Shown: one piece after another, positions 9,790-20,040 of the stretch | Position numbering within the stretch: position 1 is the stretch's first letter | Layout of the letters: each line of letters begins with the position of its first letter | Virus record (IMG/VR): IMGVR_UViG_3300022555_000004 | DNA from: a virus | Lineage: Duplodnaviria > Caudoviricetes | Reading direction: 5' to 3' (one strand) | Length of the DNA stretch: 64,000 bases | Made by a program: the position numbers and the translations under genes | The notes under the pieces: generated by a model | Told to the model about the DNA's origin: nothing | Seen by the model: only the letters and a program-made list of their open reading frames with translations | The model's database searches: none

Positions 9790-11185
9790 ATACATAGAAA
9801 AATGTAAAAGAATAGATGAAAGCGGTATCCGAAACATGAAAGAATTGGCCAGGACACACAAAACGGCGGAAATCTATTTTCATCAAGATTTGGATGGCGT
9901 GGCTTCAGGAATCAGTATTAAAAATTATCTTGAACGATATGGTATCAAAACAGTAGATACACATGTTATTCAGTATGGCGAACGTGAATACGCTGTACCC
10001 AAACCACAAGACAAAACCCTTCATGTTCTTGTAGATTTTGCCCACTCTAAAATAATTATGCAAATTCATACCGACCATCACGATGGGCAGGTAGGTGTTT
10101 CAAAGAACACATCAACATCGTTTGTTCATACGCCATCTAATGCTGCCTATCTTTCTGCCATCCTCAGCCCATCAGATGCTTTCCCACAGGAAGATTTGAA
10201 TCTTATCTCAATGGTAGATAGTGCTGATTTTGCCAAAAATGATATAACACCTGATGATGTTATGAGAGCCGCTTTTCAAGTAAACAAGAATATTGATGTT
10301 GCTAGAAATAGAACCTTTATGGGCCTTGTTGCTAATAAACTTATTCTTGCCTATAAAAATAAACCTCAATTTATGGAAAAATTAGTAATGATGGCGGCAC
10401 CGTCATTGGTCAGTATGTACAATACAACCAAATATTTAGCAAAGAAAGAAGGATATAGGGCGCCAGAAGAATTACAGGCGGCTATGGATAATTATGTTGG
10501 TATTCAAAAAGGAAAAATTAGAAATTCTAATAAAACATCGGATGTCAAAACACTGAAAACGGGAGATTCGATAGAATTTGGCCCAGTTGTTGTTCAATAT
10601 GGTTCAAGTGCTCTAATGAGTCCTAAAGTATTATATGATAGATACACCGTATTCAAAAATCATCCTGATTCTGTATTTTTAGTTATGATGTGGCCGTTAG
10701 GTCTATTACAGGTTACAAAAAATCCGTTCAAGAAAAATTCGCCAGAAGTTGCAGACCTTCATCTTGGTCAATTAGCACAAGGGGTGTTGGAAAAATCTAA
10801 ATCAAAATTACAACAAATAGAAGTTTCATTAGAATATATCAAGAGAACCTTTGAAAAGAAGGCCGATGCTGATTCGTTGGGATTTACTTTCAATGATTTC
10901 TTGGCTCTTTTTGAGAAATATGCGAAGGGGATTGAAGGAAAAGATTCATGGAAGGCCCTTATTGCTGATATAACTAATAAACATTATGATGATTTATCAT
11001 TCAAACAGAAGGGTATATTGAAAAAAGTTAGTGTAACTGCTTGGGATGTTATTCAAGCACAAAGTGGTGGTCATAAAAATATTACAAATATTAGTGGAAT
11101 AAACTTTATTGGTAAAGGATATGTTGATATAATGAAAGGATTTGCTATGGATGTTGTTGATATATTGTCTAAAATGGATGTATAA
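9764..11185 (+). CDS. DHH-family phosphoesterase
   Basis: HQDLDG, VDF, TDHH, C-terminal SGGH. Confidence 0.8.
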   Translation: MMNVLEKIEYIEKCKRIDESGIRNMKELARTHKTAEIYFHQDLDGVASGISIKNYLERYGIKTVDTHVIQYGEREYAVPKPQDKTLHVLVDFAHSKIIMQIHTDHHDGQVGVSKNTSTSFVHTPSNAAYLSAILSPSDAFPQEDLNLISMVDSADFAKNDITPDDVMRAAFQVNKNIDVARNRTFMGLVANKLILAYKNKPQFMEKLVMMAAPSLVSMYNTTKYLAKKEGYRAPEELQAAMDNYVGIQKGKIRNSNKTSDVKTLKTGDSIEFGPVVVQYGSSALMSPKVLYDRYTVFKNHPDSVFLVMMWPLGLLQVTKNPFKKNSPEVADLHLGQLAQGVLEKSKSKLQQIEVSLEYIKRTFEKKADADSLGFTFNDFLALFEKYAKGIEGKDSWKALIADITNKHYDDLSFKQKGILKKVSVTAWDVIQAQSGGHKNITNISGINFIGKGYVDIMKGFAMDVVDILSKMDV

Positions 11186-11286
11186 TCCTATTTGACAATG
11201 TACATCAAGCCATATATATCCGGCTGCCCTGTTGCTAATGCATATTTTACCACATAAAAAACCAATAGTAAACTAGGAGAAATAAA

Positions 11287-11499
11287 ATGATAGACGAAAA
11301 GATTGAAAAGTATTTGAATGAAAAGGCAAAGGGTGGCGGTGGATTTCTTGATAGAGATAAATTATCATCACAATCAAAACAAGCACTCAAAAATCTTGAA
11401 GCTGCTTTGAAAAGAGGCGATGATGTTTCTAAATTTCTTGAACGACTGTTGATTGTTGTATATAGTGATGGATATTCGGACGGTTCTGACAATAAATAA
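11287..11499 (+). CDS. Small hypothetical protein with KYLNE N-terminal motif
   Basis: GGAG RBS; MIDEKIEKYLNE. Confidence 0.6.
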   Translation: MIDEKIEKYLNEKAKGGGGFLDRDKLSSQSKQALKNLEAALKRGDDVSKFLERLLIVVYSDGYSDGSDNK

Positions 11500-11517
11500 G
11501 TATAATAGGATATAATA

Positions 11518-12078
11518 ATGGGCAGACTTAGAAATTTTTTATCAAACACTAAACTATTGGATTTTCCAGGCTTTAGGCAAACATATAAATGGAATTGTGG
11601 CACGACTTCACTCAATATGGTATTAGCATATTATGGTAATGATATCAATGAAGTAGAACTGATAAAAACATCAGAAGCAAATAAAGAAATCGGAACACCA
11701 ATAGAAGGACTCAAAAAAGCAGCCAAAGGACATGGCTTGAAATTCAAAGAAGATTATAACATGACCACTGACGACCTTAGAAAGAACGTTGATGCCGGCC
11801 ATCCAACTTTGATTATGATTCAGGCATGGTCTAAACTTGACAATCCCGATTGGAAAAATGAATGGGATCAAGGACATTATACCGTTTGTATAGGATATGA
11901 TGAGAAAAAACTTATTTTTGCTGACCCAATATCAATAACCAGAGTATTTTTGAGTGATAGTGGACTAAATTCAAGATGGCATGGTTTTGGTGATGATGGT
12001 AAAAAGATTGGAAAATGGGGATTAACTTTTACTAATACACCTAAATATGATAAGAATGATATAGAGGAAATGGGGTAA
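11518..12078 (+). CDS. C39-like papain-fold cysteine peptidase
   Basis: RQTYKWNCG (Q,C), GHYTV (H), FADP (D). Confidence 0.85.
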   Translation: MGRLRNFLSNTKLLDFPGFRQTYKWNCGTTSLNMVLAYYGNDINEVELIKTSEANKEIGTPIEGLKKAAKGHGLKFKEDYNMTTDDLRKNVDAGHPTLIMIQAWSKLDNPDWKNEWDQGHYTVCIGYDEKKLIFADPISITRVFLSDSGLNSRWHGFGDDGKKIGKWGLTFTNTPKYDKNDIEEMG

Positions 12079-12081
12079 AAA

Positions 12082-13503
12082 ATGATAACTTTTGACGATT
12101 TTGTAAATGAAGCCATAGATGATGATATTCGTGTTGTTGTTATAACAAGTCGTAAAAAATCTGGCGGATATTTCAAAACTTCTGGTAAAATAAAGAAAAT
12201 ATGTGATGATATGGGCATAAAAAATTATATTGCCTATGCTGAAGAAGTGTTTCTTGATAAAGATGATGAAGGCAAACTTCGATTACATAACACAGATGAT
12301 AAAAAAGGATTTAGAATTAGTAAAAACAATACAGTCGCTATCATAAGAAATAGTGTTACAAAAGGCCAAGCCAGTCTTGATTTTGTATCACAACTGGAAC
12401 GATATGGTATTTTTTGTGTAAATTCACGTCAAAACATAGAAGAATGTTACGATAAGTATCGCACATATTTGAAGATGTCTGACGCTAAAATTTCTACGCC
12501 TAAGACGGCACTTATAACAAGCGAACACGGTATTGAAGCCGGATTCAAAAAAGTTGGCGGAAAATTCCCTTGTATTATCAAAACACTTACAGGTGAACAG
12601 GGGGTTGGTGTATTTCTTGTTGATTCCGTAGAAGGCATGAAATCAACATTACAAACCATTTGGAAGCTAAAAGAAGGAACAGAGGTTATAATTCAAGAAT
12701 TTTTAAAAGCCGAATATGATATGAGAATACATATACTTGGAGGCAAGTATATTGCTGGAATGAAACGATTCAAAATCAAAAAGGATTTTAGGTCTAATTA
12801 TTCATTGGGCGGATCAGTAGGGGAACTAAAGATAACAGAGGATGTAGAAAATTTAGCAATCTTAGCTGCTAAATGTGTTGGTTCTGTATGGGCAGGCGTT
12901 GACATACTCAAAACTAAAGACGGAAAATTATATGTTCTTGAAATCAATGCTTCGCCGGGTACGGATGGCATAGAAAAGGCCAGCGGAATTCCTGTAACAA
13001 AGAAAGTAATAAAATATATAACAGACAGAGAAAACTGGTTTAGAACACCAACCGAATGTGGCTATATTGAAAATATTACAATTGAAGCCATGGGCGACAT
13101 GAAAGCAAAAATGGATACGGGTAATGGATCATATTGTGTTATTCATTCTGATAAATGGGAAATCAAAAAAGATGGATATGTAACATGGACACATTTAGGT
13201 AAAGAATTTGAACATAAGTTAGATGGAATGAAGAATGTTAGAACGATGGGCAAAATGGAAGAACGTCCATCTGTATTATTGAACGTAATCTTCAATGGCG
13301 ATACATATAAAGATGTAAAGTTTACAATTAGTAACAGAGAAAATATGAGCACGCCTATTTTATTGAACAGATCATTTATCAAACAGGCAAATTTAGTAAT
13401 AAATCCGGCTAAACGATATGCTCTTTCGTTGGGTGGGCCAAAAAAAGGCGATAAGAAAGAAGATATAAAAGAAAGCTCTGGAATCAGAGGATGGTTATTA
13501 TAG
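12082..13503 (+). CDS. RimK-like ATP-grasp ligase fused to a RimK-associated (DTG) protease domain
   Basis: PCIIK..TGEQGVGV, IIQEF, RIHILGG, FRSNYSLGG, GVDI, LEINASPG; C-terminal AKMDTGNG...ERP...LLNR. Confidence 0.88.
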   Translation: MITFDDFVNEAIDDDIRVVVITSRKKSGGYFKTSGKIKKICDDMGIKNYIAYAEEVFLDKDDEGKLRLHNTDDKKGFRISKNNTVAIIRNSVTKGQASLDFVSQLERYGIFCVNSRQNIEECYDKYRTYLKMSDAKISTPKTALITSEHGIEAGFKKVGGKFPCIIKTLTGEQGVGVFLVDSVEGMKSTLQTIWKLKEGTEVIIQEFLKAEYDMRIHILGGKYIAGMKRFKIKKDFRSNYSLGGSVGELKITEDVENLAILAAKCVGSVWAGVDILKTKDGKLYVLEINASPGTDGIEKASGIPVTKKVIKYITDRENWFRTPTECGYIENITIEAMGDMKAKMDTGNGSYCVIHSDKWEIKKDGYVTWTHLGKEFEHKLDGMKNVRTMGKMEERPSVLLNVIFNGDTYKDVKFTISNRENMSTPILLNRSFIKQANLVINPAKRYALSLGGPKKGDKKEDIKESSGIRGWLL

Positions 13504-13512
13504 GAGAAAACG

Positions 13513-13695
13513 ATGAATGTTAATGAAAAAATTGATAAATATTTGAAAGAAGAATTGGAAGTTGATGATGATACATATACATTTGATATTGGTGGTTTCG
13601 ATAAAGATGTAACACCGGATGATGAACGAATATTCAAATCTATAAATTATGATACAGGTAATGTTGTGGTACATGTGCATTTATATCAAGGTTGA
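13513..13695 (+). CDS. Small acidic protein with KYLKE motif
   Basis: AGGAG RBS; MNVNEKIDKYLKEE. Confidence 0.6.
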   Translation: MNVNEKIDKYLKEELEVDDDTYTFDIGGFDKDVTPDDERIFKSINYDTGNVVVHVHLYQG

Positions 13696-13868
13696 TGCCA
13701 GATTACGAGGAATTTACTTATTGTAAAAACTCTGCTGTATTAAGTCTTGTTAATAATGTAGGAAAAAACACAAATATGAAACCAATTAAAAAGATAGCAA
13801 CAAAATGTTGGTTTAGTTGTAAAAATTGGAAAGAACATAATGATATGTATAGTCAGGGAGGATAGATA

Positions 13869-14147
13869 ATGAGAACAGAGGAAATAGTTGATAAATATTT
13901 GAAAGAAGATGCTGGTGATCCTGTGTTCTTTGGTTTGAATGAGTTTGATAAAAATCAAGCCAGAAAAGTCAATTATGAAAGCGCGAAGTGTTGTAGTAAT
14001 TGTAAATCTCATTTTGGATCTGCCAGTGGTATTGCATGTAATTCTTTGGCCATGAAAAAATATATAATGTCGTTTCTTGCTGAAGATGTATATGAATCAT
14101 TTGTTACTAAACCAGATATGATTTGTAAATTTCATTCAAATAAATAA
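13869..14147 (+). CDS. Small Cys-rich protein with KYLKE motif
   Basis: GGAG RBS; MRTEEIVDKYLKED; CCSNCKSH...C...ICKFH. Confidence 0.6.
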   Translation: MRTEEIVDKYLKEDAGDPVFFGLNEFDKNQARKVNYESAKCCSNCKSHFGSASGIACNSLAMKKYIMSFLAEDVYESFVTKPDMICKFHSNK

Positions 14148-14176
14148 AAAGTAAAATATTAAGGAAGGTTATTATA

Positions 14177-17113
14177 ATGACCAGATGGAATGGGTATTTA
14201 ATAGAACAAGGTAAAGCAAAGCCCGATAAAAAGAAAGAAGATGAATCACCAAAACCACCAAAAGATTTGGACGGTTCTGGTATTCCTATCAATGATAAAG
14301 GTGAACGCGACCATACAGGCACAGGGGTAAATCCAGAAGATGCGTGGAAAACACCTGAACAACGAGAACAAGATCAGGCAAATGCCCAAATAAGCCAAAA
14401 AGATCAAGAAGAACAAAAGATACAAGCTGAAATGGATAAACTTCAAGCTAGACATGATTTGATTCGTACAAAATTAGGCAGAATTTTAGCAACACCCAAA
14501 GAAATTGAAGAATTGGACGATGAACGCGATGAACAAGAAAAATTAGATGCTAAAAAAGATCAACTTAAAAAAGAAAAAGATAGTAAGGAAGTTAGTAAAC
14601 TTGAAGAAGCCTTGACTAATGTAAAAAAAAAGACACCACAAAAGCCGGTAAAAAAAGGAACAGCGCAAACACCTGTAAAAAAAGGAACAACAAAATCTAG
14701 TGCTCGTGATGTTCTTATAGCCAAACTTCAAAAACAAGGATATGAGGCTAAGGCTAGGGGGGTATGGGCAACACCGTCAGGCAAAAGAGGTAGAATAACA
14801 GATGATGATCGATGGGAAGATATACAAGATGATGAAAAAAAATCAAAGACATCTGGAGGAAAAGAAACTAAAAAGGGGCAAGGGGCACAGATGACGCAAG
14901 GAACAAAAGCATCTGGATCTGTAAAAGGGGCAAAAGCATCTGTTCCTATGTCACAAGTAACGGCGAAAAAAATTGCTGCGAAAGAAATGGAAAAAGTATG
15001 GGATGAAGAAAAAAAAGAAAAAGAAAAAAAAGAAATGAAAACATTGAAGGGCGATGAAAACAACAAAACAGGATCAAAACCAAAAAAAGGGCAGCCACCA
15101 AAAGAACCACATGTTACAGTTCAAAATGAAAAAGATTTTAAAAAAATTAGAGGAAAAATATCAAAAGAAAAATTAGAAATAAATAGTAAAAATTTTCCAC
15201 CACCAAAAAATGGATGGGCAAGTAAATTGCGAGTAGAAGAAACGGTTGTTTTTAACGCATCAACAGGAGAAACAACGTATCATTATCATAATAAAACATT
15301 AGAAAAGGTTTCTGAATTTACATCACAAGAGTTTAAAGAAGGACTTGGAAATGATACTAAAAAGTCTAAATTTTATGATAAAAAACTTGATGGGACGCAA
15401 GTCTTTGTAGATAAAGAAAATAGATGGGAAATGCCAGATGAAATATTGAAAAACGCGAATGTGCCCAAAAAAGTTTTGGATACATTTACGGCAATGATGA
15501 ATGCAAGAATGATTACAGGTAAAGCGCCAGGATTGTCGTTTATAATGAATGGAGAATCTGGCGGTGCTGGCACTATAAATTCACAAGCTGGCGAACTTAT
15601 GACACAAATATTTACAGGATTGAATGACGATAAATCAGAAAAATTATATAACCATATAGTAAATCATTTAGAAAATTTGAAAATAAATGACGCAGAATCA
15701 ACATCTAAATATGGTCATGTTGTCAAAATAGAATGGGTTCATGCGGCATTAAATAATAAACGATCTATTTATAATCAAATAAAAAGTGTATGCCCGTCAG
15801 CCAAACCAAATGAATCAATAAAAAGCTTATTTTGGGATAATTCTTCACAAGCAAAAGGGGCCGGATTTAATAATTCAGAAGAAAACAAAGAAACATCAAC
15901 TGATATATATGTAAAGATTCGTTGTAAAAACGAAGATTTGTTGGAAGAATGTTCGTTGAAGAAAGGCCTCAACGCAATGTTTAATAACGGATCAACCGGC
16001 GATTTAGTTAAAGGCGTCAAAGGCATTGAAGGAACCGATGCCGATAGTTATGTTCATGCTGACCAGCAAAAAAGGCAACTGTTTGACTATTATAATAAGA
16101 AAAAACAAGATAGAATTAATGATCTTATGCGTAGTGATAGTATCAAAAAGAGTAAAGAAGGAAAAGAATTGTTGTCATTGCTAAAAGAAAAAAGGATGAC
16201 ACTTGAAACAGCAATGAATGAAAAGGCTTCTGGCGATACACGAACAAAAAAGAATATAATGAATACGTCATTAGCTGTATTGATGGCTCATGGAACTAAT
16301 GAAGAAAAAAAATCAGCAAAAAAATTATATGATAAATTGACAGAAGATGACAAAAAGCTTGATGCTGGTATTTATAGAGCAATAAAAGTTAATCCAGAAT
16401 TGAGAGAAAAGGTTTTAAATATGGTAAGAGATAAATTACCATTAGCTGGTGCATTTGTAAATAAAGAATTTATGTCAATTGGCGACAATACAATAAATAA
16501 AGACGTGTTGGCAACGATTTTTGGTGTTGATAAATGGTCAGATGTATTAGATAGTATAGAGATTGAAGAAAATAAAAATGGATTTAGTGTTGTATATAAA
16601 GCAAAAAATAAAAAAGGTAAAACATTTGATATCGCTGATATAGTGAGTAGACCTGATGGCAATCATATTGGCGGGCATCACAAATTTGAAGTAAAAATGA
16701 ACACTTCTTTTGGTAAAGAAGTAGTAGCTGCAAATAAAAAACATTATCCAAATAGCCTTTCATGGGCGCCAGAAAGAACACAACAATTGGAAAATGAAAA
16801 AAGAGCAAACGGAGTAAAACAAAAAATAGAAATGGGGGATAATGTCAATATTTTTATGCAAAACAGAAAAACATTATATGAAACAATCAATAGAGAACCA
16901 GATGATCTTACAATTTCAAATGAAGATGATTATGAAACGGACGAAGATATTGAATGGCAAGAACATATGGATAATTTAGCAAATAATATAAAAATGGATG
17001 ATGACCAACAAATTACATATAATATGGATTTTAAGAAAAATGAACAAAGTTCTATAGAAGAATCAAAATTGAAAACGCATTTTGAATCATATGAATTACA
17101 AGAGGATGATTAA
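14177..17113 (+). CDS. Large (978 aa) putative internal virion protein, possible PD-(D/E)xK nuclease domain
   Basis: Starts MTRWNGYLIEQ; charged low-complexity N-terminal third; STDIYVKI...EECSLKK motif; acidic tail. Confidence 0.55.
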   Translation: MTRWNGYLIEQGKAKPDKKKEDESPKPPKDLDGSGIPINDKGERDHTGTGVNPEDAWKTPEQREQDQANAQISQKDQEEQKIQAEMDKLQARHDLIRTKLGRILATPKEIEELDDERDEQEKLDAKKDQLKKEKDSKEVSKLEEALTNVKKKTPQKPVKKGTAQTPVKKGTTKSSARDVLIAKLQKQGYEAKARGVWATPSGKRGRITDDDRWEDIQDDEKKSKTSGGKETKKGQGAQMTQGTKASGSVKGAKASVPMSQVTAKKIAAKEMEKVWDEEKKEKEKKEMKTLKGDENNKTGSKPKKGQPPKEPHVTVQNEKDFKKIRGKISKEKLEINSKNFPPPKNGWASKLRVEETVVFNASTGETTYHYHNKTLEKVSEFTSQEFKEGLGNDTKKSKFYDKKLDGTQVFVDKENRWEMPDEILKNANVPKKVLDTFTAMMNARMITGKAPGLSFIMNGESGGAGTINSQAGELMTQIFTGLNDDKSEKLYNHIVNHLENLKINDAESTSKYGHVVKIEWVHAALNNKRSIYNQIKSVCPSAKPNESIKSLFWDNSSQAKGAGFNNSEENKETSTDIYVKIRCKNEDLLEECSLKKGLNAMFNNGSTGDLVKGVKGIEGTDADSYVHADQQKRQLFDYYNKKKQDRINDLMRSDSIKKSKEGKELLSLLKEKRMTLETAMNEKASGDTRTKKNIMNTSLAVLMAHGTNEEKKSAKKLYDKLTEDDKKLDAGIYRAIKVNPELREKVLNMVRDKLPLAGAFVNKEFMSIGDNTINKDVLATIFGVDKWSDVLDSIEIEENKNGFSVVYKAKNKKGKTFDIADIVSRPDGNHIGGHHKFEVKMNTSFGKEVVAANKKHYPNSLSWAPERTQQLENEKRANGVKQKIEMGDNVNIFMQNRKTLYETINREPDDLTISNEDDYETDEDIEWQEHMDNLANNIKMDDDQQITYNMDFKKNEQSSIEESKLKTHFESYELQEDD

Positions 17114-17118
17114 TTTTC

Positions 17119-17147
17119 TTGACAAATATATGTTTTTTTAGTATAAT
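17119..17147 (+). promoter_or_regulatory. Sigma70-type promoter
   Basis: TTGACA-17-TATAAT exact. Confidence 0.8.
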
Positions 17148-17153
17148 ACATAA

Positions 17154-17375
17154 ATGGAGGAAAAAATGGAAAAAATTTTAGGACAGCTGACGGAACAAGA
17201 ACTGATACAGTATAATGCCGGTGATAAAAGTGTTACTGATAAGTATTTGAAAGAAGGAACAAAAGGAATGCCAAACGATTCTGTTATCAAAAAACAAATT
17301 AGTGACACCGTTGATGGTTTTATTCAGGATACAATGGATTGGGCAATGAAATTCGACGAGAATTACATTATATGA
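17154..17375 (+). CDS. Small hypothetical protein (internal DKYLKE motif)
   Basis: Directly downstream of the 17119 promoter. Confidence 0.5.
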   Translation: MEEKMEKILGQLTEQELIQYNAGDKSVTDKYLKEGTKGMPNDSVIKKQISDTVDGFIQDTMDWAMKFDENYII

Positions 17376-17384
17376 AGGAAGAAA

Positions 17385-18218
17385 ATGACTAGACTAAAAA
17401 AATATATCGTTGAATTTATAGAAAACGCTGAACAATGGGAAAAAGTACAAAACAAATATCCCATGATCAAATCAGCGGTTAAGATTATTATTAATATAAC
17501 TAATATGGGATATAAAGCATATTTGGTGGGCGGAGCAATTCGTGATATAGTTTTGGGCGATGAACCACATGATGTTGATATTTGTGGAAACGCTTCATTG
17601 GATGAAATACGAAAAATGTTTGATACATACGATTTGAGCGGAGAAGAATTTGGTATTATTGGCATTAAACTTGATGGACACACATATGAATATGCTCAAT
17701 TCAGATCAGACGGTAAATATGCTGATGGCCGTAAACCAGAAACTATAAAAATTGAAATGTCATTCAAAGAGGATGCTGCAAGACGAGATTTTAGCATTAA
17801 CGCACTTGCCATTGATAAAGATGGCAATATTATCGACTATTTTGATGGTCAAAAGGACATAAAAAATAAAATAATCAGAGCCGTTGGTGATCCGGAAAAA
17901 AGATTTGAGGAAGATCACCTACGAATATTGAGAGCTGCCCGTTTTGCGGCAAAACTAGGATTTACTATTGACAAAGATACAAAAGCCGCTGCAAAAAAAC
18001 TGTCATCTCACATCACTAAATTATCCCCCGAAAGAATCAAAGATGAAATTATTAAGGCGGCATCACAAGAAGGTAGTAAGTTTGCTGATTATATTTTACA
18101 ACTAGATGAATTAGGAATATTAGAAATCATTTTACCGGAAATAACTAAACAAAAAGGTTATGAACATCATATAGAACATCATCCCGAAGGGGCATATGTT
18201 AGAAAAATATTAAAATAA
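17385..18218 (+). CDS. cca: tRNA nucleotidyltransferase (CCA-adding enzyme), N-terminal fragment
   Basis: AYLVGGAIRD, HDVD, RRDFSINALA, RFEEDHLRILRAARF, SPERI; ends HHPEGAYVRKILK then stop. Confidence 0.9.
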   Translation: MTRLKKYIVEFIENAEQWEKVQNKYPMIKSAVKIIINITNMGYKAYLVGGAIRDIVLGDEPHDVDICGNASLDEIRKMFDTYDLSGEEFGIIGIKLDGHTYEYAQFRSDGKYADGRKPETIKIEMSFKEDAARRDFSINALAIDKDGNIIDYFDGQKDIKNKIIRAVGDPEKRFEEDHLRILRAARFAAKLGFTIDKDTKAAAKKLSSHITKLSPERIKDEIIKAASQEGSKFADYILQLDELGILEIILPEITKQKGYEHHIEHHPEGAYVRKILK

Positions 18219-18252
18219 TTTTTTACTTTCGTGTAATAATACTGTAAGATTT

Positions 18253-18260
18253 TATAAATA
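18253..18260 (+). promoter_or_regulatory. T4-type late promoter for the inserted endonuclease
   Basis: TATAAATA followed by an AGGAGG RBS. Confidence 0.75.
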
Positions 18261-18279
18261 GTATTAGGAGGTTTATTAC

Positions 18280-19176
18280 ATGAAACAAGATGAAAATTTA
18301 AAAATATTTTTAATTGACCTAATAGATAAACAGAAATTTAGATTTTGTAGAACAATTAAAGAGAAATACATTGATATAGAAAGAGAAATAAAAGAAAACA
18401 CATCTTTTTTTAATAGTGAAGTATCTCTAGCAGAAAGAATATATTGCATATTAAATGATATTAAGAATATTACCGTATGTCCTATATGTGAGAAAAAGGT
18501 AGTATATAGGAATTATACACTTGGATACCGTAAGCATTGTTCATCCCGATGTTCACAATTGGATGAAAAAACAAAAGAAAAGTATAAAAAAACATATAAT
18601 GAAAAATATGGTGAAAATGTTGATTGTAACTTTAAATTGAAGGATTTTTACAAAAAACAAAAAGTTATATTAAAAGAACGATATGGGGTGGAAAATGTTT
18701 CACAAATTGAGAATGTTAAAAATACTAAAAGAATTACATTTCAAAAAAATCATGGTGATATACCACATCCATTATGGGGTAACACATGGTATGATTTTAT
18801 AACACCTTCTGGAATAAAATTTAAAATACAAGGATATGAAAGGTTTGCATTACCAATTCTTATAAATAAATATGGTGAATGTAATATCTTAATAGACTAC
18901 AAAAGTATAAAAAATAAAATAGGCGAGATAACATATGTTGAAAATGATAAAAAATACCGCTATTATCCAGATTTTTTTATCATTTCAGAAAATAAAATAA
19001 TAGAAGTAAAATCAAAATTCACATTGGAACAACATCTGGATAATTTAAAAAATAAAATGTGTGAATGTTTAAACCGTGGCTATAAATTTGAAATAATTAT
19101 ATTTGATTATAAAGGAAATGATATTACACATGAACAGGACATTAAACGAATCCTTAAAAAAATTGGGGCCACCTGA
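18280..19176 (+). mobile_element. Free-standing homing endonuclease (zinc finger plus PD-(D/E)xK) inserted in the cca gene
   Basis: CPICE...HCSSRCS; KYGVENVSQ-like repeats; RYYPDFF...IIEVKS. Confidence 0.8.
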
Positions 19177-19858
19177 ACCATATGATCCAAAAAACCCCGA
19201 ACATAGTGATCCAACAAAATATGTATTATATCAAGGAACTGTATGGGATCATATGATTGCTGCGTTAAAAACAAATAAACTCGTTGATCCTATTGTAAAC
19301 CTTGCAATCCTCCTCCATGACTGTGCTAAGCCAGTCACAGCAACCATCAGAGATCATGGTGGCACGGCATACTTTGGTCATGCTGAAGAAGGAGTAAGGT
19401 TGGTAAATGATATTGCGGATAGATTGAAATTATCCAATGATGAACGAGAAAAATTGATATTTGCCGTTGGAAACCACATGAAATTTCATTTGATATTAGA
19501 TATGAAACCTAGTAAGATTGCTAAGTTGGTATCTGATGACAATTGGGATGTATTGGTTGCTGTTGCTATGGCAGATAATTATTCAAGAGGAAAGGACTTC
19601 AAATATAATATTGATTTTGAACATATTGTTGATAGGGCAATTGAAGTAAAAGAAAAATGGGGCCAAAAAGCCATGAACAATGTTATAAAAGTCGTCAGCG
19701 GAGATCATATAATGGAAATAACTGGATTAAAACCATCAAAAATGGTCGGAAATATAATAAAAAGTGTTACTGATTTTGTAATAGATAACAATATCAACCC
19801 ATCAAACAAAACGGAAATGGATAATATAATTTTACAGGTTTTTAAAGAATTACAATAA
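19103..19858 (+). CDS. cca: CCA-adding enzyme C-terminal (HD domain) fragment
   Basis: GTVWDH...LAILLHDCAKP...FGHAEEG...NHM; true start may be ATG 19118 or 19130. Confidence 0.85.
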   Translation: MIIKEMILHMNRTLNESLKKLGPPEPYDPKNPEHSDPTKYVLYQGTVWDHMIAALKTNKLVDPIVNLAILLHDCAKPVTATIRDHGGTAYFGHAEEGVRLVNDIADRLKLSNDEREKLIFAVGNHMKFHLILDMKPSKIAKLVSDDNWDVLVAVAMADNYSRGKDFKYNIDFEHIVDRAIEVKEKWGQKAMNNVIKVVSGDHIMEITGLKPSKMVGNIIKSVTDFVIDNNINPSNKTEMDNIILQVFKELQ

Positions 19859-20035
19859 ATGTATTTTTCTACACCAACTTTGAATTGTTGGTTCAGGTAT
19901 ATTCATTTTTACAGATATTTTTTTATAGGAAATACCGTCTTTTCGTAATTCTAATTTTTGAATGGTTCTACCAATATAACATTTACCATTTACCACATTA
20001 GTTGCTTTATATATTATTCCGAACGATTTACCCAT
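19850..20035 (-). pseudogene. Internally deleted GIY-YIG endonuclease (N-terminal motif joined directly to a C-terminal HTH)
   Basis: MGKSFGIIYKATNVVNGKCYIGRT followed directly by LRKDGISYKKISVKMNIPEPTIQSWC; only 61 aa. Confidence 0.7.
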
Positions 20036-20040
20036 GATAT

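Noticed and set aside
18218-19130. Group I intron or ribosomal bypass in the cca gene
   Set aside because: Only 61 AT-rich nt precede the endonuclease ORF, I saw no P7-like core, and ~900 nt is far too long for a gene-60-type hop. RT-PCR would be decisive.
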